NCBI GenBank assembly: GCA_001724265.1
Contig: MEDY01000279.1
Coordinates: 1-41,020 of the forward strand
Length of the DNA: 41,020 bases
Origin: Rhizaria sp. SCN 62-66
Taxonomy: Eukaryota
Direction of reading: 5' to 3'
In this document: piece after piece, positions 34,743 to 41,020 of the stretch
How the letters are laid out: every line of letters starts with the position of its first letter
Position numbering within the stretch: the stretch's first letter is position 1
Program-made: the position numbers and the translations under genes
Notes under the pieces: generated by a model
What the model saw: only the letters and a program-made list of their open reading frames with translations
Database searches by the model: none
Told to the model about the DNA's origin: nothing

Positions 34743-37700
34743 TTAGGCTTGCTCGGCAAACTGGACCTGCGCCAGCGTCTTCTCCGTGATAGCCCTCAGC
34801 CTCTGCGCCACCGACTGCAGGCAGCGCACGGCGACGGCGAGATCACCAAGTCCGCGGCCGTCGTAGCGTCCCGACGCGAGCCCCGCAGCGGCGCCCTTGG
34901 CGTCCGTGGTGAGATTCAAGTGCATGACGGCGCGCACGAACGAAAGCGTCGACACCAGCGTGCCGGGCTGCGCCTCGATGAGCACGTAGCACATGACCAG
35001 GATGAAGTCCTCGGCAGACGCAACGACGGGGGACGCGCGCCATAACAGCGCCGCGTCGGCCGGCGCCGCGCCCGCGACTGCAGCGGGATAGCCGAGCGAG
35101 GCGCCGCGCTGCAGCCCGCAGCCGGAGCCCACCGCCGCGGCCGCCGTCGCGTGCGCGAAGTTGCCGTACCGGTCGAACTGCGGCAGCGCGGCGGGCGCAG
35201 GCGCAGTCACGCTCGCGGTCGCGGCGGCAGGAGTCGCCAGCGCGGGGATGGGCGAGGCCGCGGCGGCCGCAGGGCCGGCCTGCGCAATAAACGCCGCGCC
35301 CTCTGCCGCGAGTCCATAACCGCTGTTGAGGCGGGCCGTGATGGCGGGAGGCAGCGCGGCCGCAACGTCTGCGCCGCCCGCAAGGCCCTGCGGGAGCGTC
35401 GCGAAGACGGACTGTAGCCCGGCCGAGAGCACGCCGCGCAGCGTCGACAGCGCGCGCACGCGCATCCACAGCAGCGGCGCCGAGGACGAGCCCGACGTGG
35501 CGCTCAGCGCGTTGCTCTGCACGCCCGACGCAGACTGCGCGGCCGACGCAGCGACAGCAGCCGCGGCGGACGGCGCGGCGGTGAACTTGGCCAGCTCGCG
35601 CAGCGCGGCGGTGAGGGTGGCGCGGCCGAGGCGCGGGGCGCGCTGGGCGCTGAGCGCGATCAGCGAGGCGGCAGTCGCGCACATCGCGGGCGTCAGCGAA
35701 ACGCGCGCAGCGGCGGCGGCGGCGGCCACAGACTCCGCGGTGGGGTCGACCCAATCAATTGTGGTGCTGATACCGTTACTGCTGGTGGCAGCGCTTGCGG
35801 TCGTGAGGGCGACTGTGGCGACGGTCGCGGACGAGCAAGCGCCGGTGCTATCGATGATGCGGCGCACGGCGAGCGCGTCCGCGGCGGCCGCAGCGGGCCC
35901 CGTGACGTTCATGTGTGCGTACCAGGACGCAAAGGTGGGGAAGGCGCGGCGCAGCGCGGCGAGGTCGGCCTGCCAGCGGCCGTCCGCGGTCGGGCACTGC
36001 ACGTAGACCTTGGAGTGCGCGTGCGAGACGATGTAGTCCGCGATCGCAGCGGCGGCGCGCGTAGCCGCCGCAGCCGTCCCGGGCGGCGCGGTAAGGCTCA
36101 GTGCGGGCGCGATGCTGCCCAGACCGGCGATGAGCCCGCCGCCGCCGCCACCAGAGTAAAGCAACGCGTCGGGTGCGAGCGCGCGCGCACCGGCGGCCGC
36201 GGCGGCGGAGGCGGCGGCCGCGGGCGTGGCGCCGGCGGGGGCGGCGGGGGGCTGGATGACTGCGGCCGGGCTGGGCGGAGTGAGCATCTGGTACACCAGC
36301 GCCATGGGGTTGGGCCCGGCGAAGTTGGCCACGTGGCTCACGACCTGCGTGTGCGAGACGACCTGCGCCGAGCGCGCGTGATGCAGCGAGACCGCGAACG
36401 CAGTGTTCACCACAGAGCCACCACTGCCGGCCGCGGCAGCGGCTGCGGCGGCGGCAGCGGCGGCGGCCGCGGCGGTGTTGGCGGGCGCAGCGGCGGTGGA
36501 AGCCGGGACAGCGTGCGTGGTGGCCGCCGTCATCAGCGACGAGGCCGAGAGGAAAGACGTATGCAGCGGACGCAGCGCCTTGACGTCGGAGATGACGTAC
36601 TTGTGCGTGAAGTTGGCGACGAGCTTGAGGCGGTGGTCGAGGCGCTTGGAGCACTCGGAACACGCGAAGCGGTCGTTGTGCGCGTCGGTGGGGAACACAC
36701 CGCCGCAGCCCGGGTACAGCTGCGCGCCGACCGCCGGCGGCGGCACGCGCACGAAGCGGCGCAGTGCGGCGTCGGCGGCCAGCATCGAGTCGCCGGGCCC
36801 CGCCGCGGCGCCGCCGGCGTTGTTCTCGGGCAGCGACCAGGTGTCGATGAGCGTGCGCTGCGTCTGGAGCTGGCGCTGCGTGAAGTTGAGGTTGAGCGGC
36901 AAGTTGTTGAGCAGGTACGAGTGCAGCGCGTGGACTTTGCCCATCACGGCGGCGAGCAGGCGGCGCAGCTGCAGCGTGCCCGCGACTGCGGACGCGCACG
37001 CATTCTGGCGCGCCGTCAGCACGCGCGTCGCGCTCGCGATCACGTCGTCCGCGCCCGCGGTCAGCACTACGGGAAGCTGCGCCGACAGGATCGCGTCGCG
37101 GCGCGCGCGGGCAAAGGCGCGGGCCAGTGCAAGGAGAGGCGCGTCGTCGAACGAGAAGGCGGCGTCACTGCCGCCGGGGAGAGCCAGAGCAGAGGCGTTG
37201 GCTTCGGCGGGGCGGCGGCGCCAGGCAGGGGGACAGGCGTGCACGACGGTGGTCAGCGCCTCGAGAATGGACGTCGACGGGGCCTGCTGGTTGTGCCACT
37301 GCAGCGACGACGACACCGCGGCGAAGCACGCGAGCAGGTGCGGCAGGGCGCCGGCACCGGCAGCGTTGGCGACGACGAGCGCGGATGCCACGGAGGCGGA
37401 GTCCAAAGGGGGGAACACGGACAGAGCGGCGACGGTGGCGTTGACAGCGGCGCGCAGTGCCTGCATCGAGTCGCCAGAGGTGCTACTAGAGCCCTTGGCG
37501 TTCGAAGCCAGAACAAGCGCATTGGCCTTGGCGTCAGCGTTTGCGTTATCGCTGTCACCGTCACCGTCATCGTCGTCGTCGCCGTCGCTGTCAGCCTCGG
37601 CGGCGAGCTCGGCGCTTAGCACGTCGGGGTCCGCGTTCAGCAGCATTGCCACGGCGTCGTCGCTGGTGGCGGCGCGCGTGATGCGGCGCCACAGCGCGTC

Positions 37701-40221
37701 CTCGACGCGCGCAGCGCGCGCCGTGGCGGCGTCGACCGTGGCCGTGGCAGTCAGCTCTAGCTCCAGCACGACGTGCGACGTGCCGGCCGGCGCGGGCAGG
37801 AACGCCGGCAGCGCTGGCGGGCCCGACGCGGCGGCCAGCGCGGCCGCGGCCGACGGGGGGCCCACGGCGGCGGCCGCGGCGGGCGACAGAGCGTTCGCGG
37901 CGGCCGGGGACGCGGTGGCGGGGCGCGGGGACAGCGCGGTGATGAGCTCGATCACGCGGGCACGCGCGCGCGCGGCAGCGCCAGAGCTCTTGTGAGCGAG
38001 CGCGTTCGTGGTGCCAACAGGCGTGCGGGTGCGCGCAAGGTAGTGCTTGGCGAGGATGTGGTGGATCGCGTACAGGTCGTTCGGTGGAATGGCCAAGATG
38101 TCGATCGCGGTCGGCTGCGACATGGCGCGCTCGAATAGGCTTTGTCCCTTAGCGCGCGCCGCAGCCGAAACGCCACTGGCACGACGGCGGCGACGCTTGC
38201 CGGTCTTCGCCGCAGGCACCAGCGCAGTTGTCTCAGCCGCAGTCTCGCCAGGGAATGCGTTGTCGTCGCTGTTCTCGTCCGCGTGCGGCGCCGCGACGAG
38301 CTTGTCGAGCAAAGCCACAATGCCGCCGCCGAAGCGCGCGGCGAGCGTGGGCACGATGGACGGCACGGGCACGTGTGCGTAGAGCCCCGCCGCGCCCGCC
38401 GCCGCGTTGGCGCTCATGGCCAGCGTCAGCGACTGCGGCTGCGGCGCCGCGCCCGCGTTGTTGGCCGCGCTGGCCGCAGCGACGGCGGCCGTCGCGGCCG
38501 TCACGGCGGCGTGCGCAGCGGTCGCGGCCGCGGTCGCCGCGGCCACGGCGGCCGTCGCGGTGGTCAGCGCGGGCGAAACGATCGCCGGCGGCCGCGCGGG
38601 CGTCAGGTGCGGCGGCGGCATGTTCGGCGGCGCGGGCCGGCCACCGGCGCCGGCGCCGCGGGGCGTGAGCGGCGCCGCCGACGGGGGGCTGCCGGACGGG
38701 CCGGGCGGGCCGGCGCGCATCGACGGGCTCGGCGGCACGGGGCCGCTCGCGCCAGCAGCGGGCGGACCGTTTGCAGCGGCGGCGGCGGCAGCGGCGGCAG
38801 CGGCAGCGGCAGCGGCAGCGGCTGCGGCCTGCTGCTGCTGGAGCTGGTGCTGCTGCTGCTGCGCAAGTGTGTGCGCCTGCGACAGCGCGTGCTGCTGCTG
38901 CAGCAGCTGCTGCTCCTGCTCCCACGCGCGCGCGCGGCGCAGCGCCTCGTCGGCGGCGCGCGCGCGCCGGGCCGCAGCCGCGAGCCGCAGCCGCGCGGCG
39001 CGCAGCGGGGCGCGCGCGGCCGCCGTCTCCTTGCCGAGCAGCGCGGACGCGCGCGCGGAGACGACCGTGAGCAGCTCCTTACGCAGCGCGTCGGCCCAGT
39101 TGACGCCACTGTTGCTCGCGGTGCTGAAGATGTTGCTGCTGTTGTTGCTGTTGACCGCCGTGGCAGTGGCGTCGCGCGCGTCGGTGAGCACGCATTGCCA
39201 CAGCGCATAGTTGGCGGCGGCGGCGATGGAGAGCGCGACGGTGTGCAGCGAGCGCCGCGCCGCGAGCAGCACAGGCGAGCAGTCCGACACGGGCAGCGAG
39301 CCCGCGCCAGACTCGGCCGTGGCGCTCACAGCGGCCTCGGCGGCGGCCAGCGTCGTCGCCGTCGGCAGCGTCACCTCGGACCACGCGATCGCGGGGTAGA
39401 GGAACAGGAGGAAGTACGCGCGGTAAGCGCTGTAGCGGCGCAGGTGCTGCGGCGAGGCCAGCGCGCGCAGCAGCGCCTCTGGCGTCGCGCCTACAGTCGC
39501 CAGGCAGTGCAGCGTGAACGAGGCGTGGTACGCGTCCGTCCCCACCGCGGCCGCGGCTGCTGACTCAGCAGTCTTCGCGTTGGCGCCTGAGCTAGAGCTA
39601 GGCTGTGCGGACGAGAGCGCGGCGGACAGCGCGGCCGCGCCGGCGGTGGCCGCGGCGAGTCCGTGCGTGTTGTAGGTCCAAAGCGCGGCATGCTGCCGCA
39701 GCAGCTCCTGCAGCGGGTGCAGCGGATCCAGCAACGCGAGCAGCGGGCGCGGCAATCCGCCCCATTCGGAGGCGGACGCGGCGAGCAGCGCGGTCCACGC
39801 CGCGGCGTGCGAGTCGGCCGTCACGTGCAGCCGCAGAGTCGGCAGGTCCACGCCGGCGGGCAGCGCGGGCGCCACGGGCGCCGCCGCGGAGGCCAGGCGC
39901 GCACCGGCACCGGACGCGGCAGACGCGGTGGGTGTGGTGGCCATGGGGCCCGAGGACGACGACGAGGGAGTGAGGCGGGGCAGGACAACGATGGGCCGCT
40001 GGCCCTGCTGCTGCTGTTGCTGCTGTTGGGCGGCTGCAGCTGCGGCGGCGCGCGCGCGGTGCTGCTCCTCGGCCTTGGCCTGCGCGGACAGCAACGACAG
40101 CGGCGAGTCGGCCACGTCGACTTTCTCCGTCGCCACAGCCACGGGCGACGCCGCGCCGGACCCGGAGCCTGTGCTGGCTGCGCCGCTAGACGCGCCGTCG
40201 CTCTCGGGTGCGGGCGCAGCT

Positions 40222-40252
<31 letters not shown>

Positions 40253-41020
40253 CGGTGGCGGTGGCAGGGCGAGTGCTGCGGTAGGCGGACACCGCGGCGG
40301 TGGCATAAGCGCGCACGGCAGCGAGGTCCTCAGCAACAGTCATCATAGAGTGGCCCTTAGCGTCGCTCTTGGCGCCCGCAGCAGTCCTGCTCTTGCTGTA
40401 GCTGGAGCCGGTGGCCGCGGCGGCGTCAGCGTCGGCCATAGCGCGCGCCACGGTGGCCACGCCGGCGGGCGTGTGCGCCGTCGAGCCCAGCACGCGCACC
40501 AGGATCAGCTGGCACAGGCGCTGCAGAGGGCCGCCGGAGCCGGAGCTAGACGCGGCACCAGAGCCGTGGGGCCCGGAGCCCGACGCCGAGGTCGTGAGGG
40601 CGAGCTGCGTCAGTCCAGCGTTGGCGCAGCTGCTCTCTGCCGCGCTGGGCTTGGGGCCGGAGCTGGAGCAGAGCGCGGCGAGCGCGTCGGCGAGGGGCTC
40701 GGCGGCCAGGTGCGTGATCGAGCCGCACAGCACCGCCTCGGTCGCCACGAAGCCAACGGGGCGTGCCTCGGCCTCTTTCTCCTCGCGCGCGCGCGCCGCG
40801 GCGACGTACGCGGCCAGCTGCGGCTCCTGCTGCGCCTCCGCGGCCGCCGCGGCCGAGGCGGCGGCGGCGAGCGCGGCGGTGATGTTCGCAGCGGCCGCGG
40901 CGGAGGTCGCCGTGAAGGTCGCGGCGGCGGCGGCCGCGGCGGCGCCGTGCGGGTCTTCGCTGCTCGCGGCCTCCGCAGCGGTGGCCGTGGCGGCGGCGGC
41001 CGCGGCCGCCGCGGCGGCCT
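34743..41020 (-). CDS. Partial (5' end outside window) GAPVD1/RME-6-like protein: degenerate RasGAP-like domain plus C-terminal VPS9 domain, heavily padded with poly-Ala
   Basis: The frame is open from the window edge to TAA at 34743. RasGAP-like AYFLLFLYPAIAW...RRSLHTVA....AN and IDILAIPPNDLYAIHHIL; VPS9-like SAEDFILVMCYVLIEAQPGTLVSTLSFV...LAVAVRCL. Confidence 0.7.

Noticed and set aside
34734-40336. Numerous long overlapping or antisense ORFs (e.g. 35913-37619+, 36403-37995+, also 12709-14124+)
   Set aside because: Shadow ORFs expected from GC-rich, stop-poor coding DNA. They give Arg/Ala/Gly-rich translations with no motifs.
1-41020. tRNA (including a CUA suppressor), rRNA, CRISPR array or transposon
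   Set aside because: No cloverleaf/T-loop, regularly spaced direct repeats, terminal inverted repeats or transposase/RT motifs seen by eye.

Overview
Compact eukaryotic (protist-like; taxon not assignable from sequence alone) nuclear DNA. It holds eight GC-rich, low-complexity protein genes separated by short AT-rich spacers, with GT-AG introns of about 140-245 nt. In order: a partial 2-TM coiled-coil gene (-), an unknown gene (+), a ~16.7 kb polycystin-1/REJ-GPS-like receptor with a long sushi/CCP array (-), an unknown low-complexity gene (-), the TFIIF large subunit (-), an HNH-like nuclease-domain gene (+), a CCDC177/DUF4659-like coiled-coil gene (+), and a partial RasGAP+VPS9 (GAPVD1-like) gene (-). 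Main result: the ORF-track fragments between 4459 and 21210 are one spliced ~5465-codon reading frame interrupted by three isolated in-frame TAG codons with no frameshift. All seven gene ends visible in the window use TAA or TGA. This suggests UAG-only stop-to-sense reassignment or readthrough (Tyr, Gln or Leu). Pseudogenisation or sequence error is the alternative. Domain calls come from motif recognition by eye, not from database searches.
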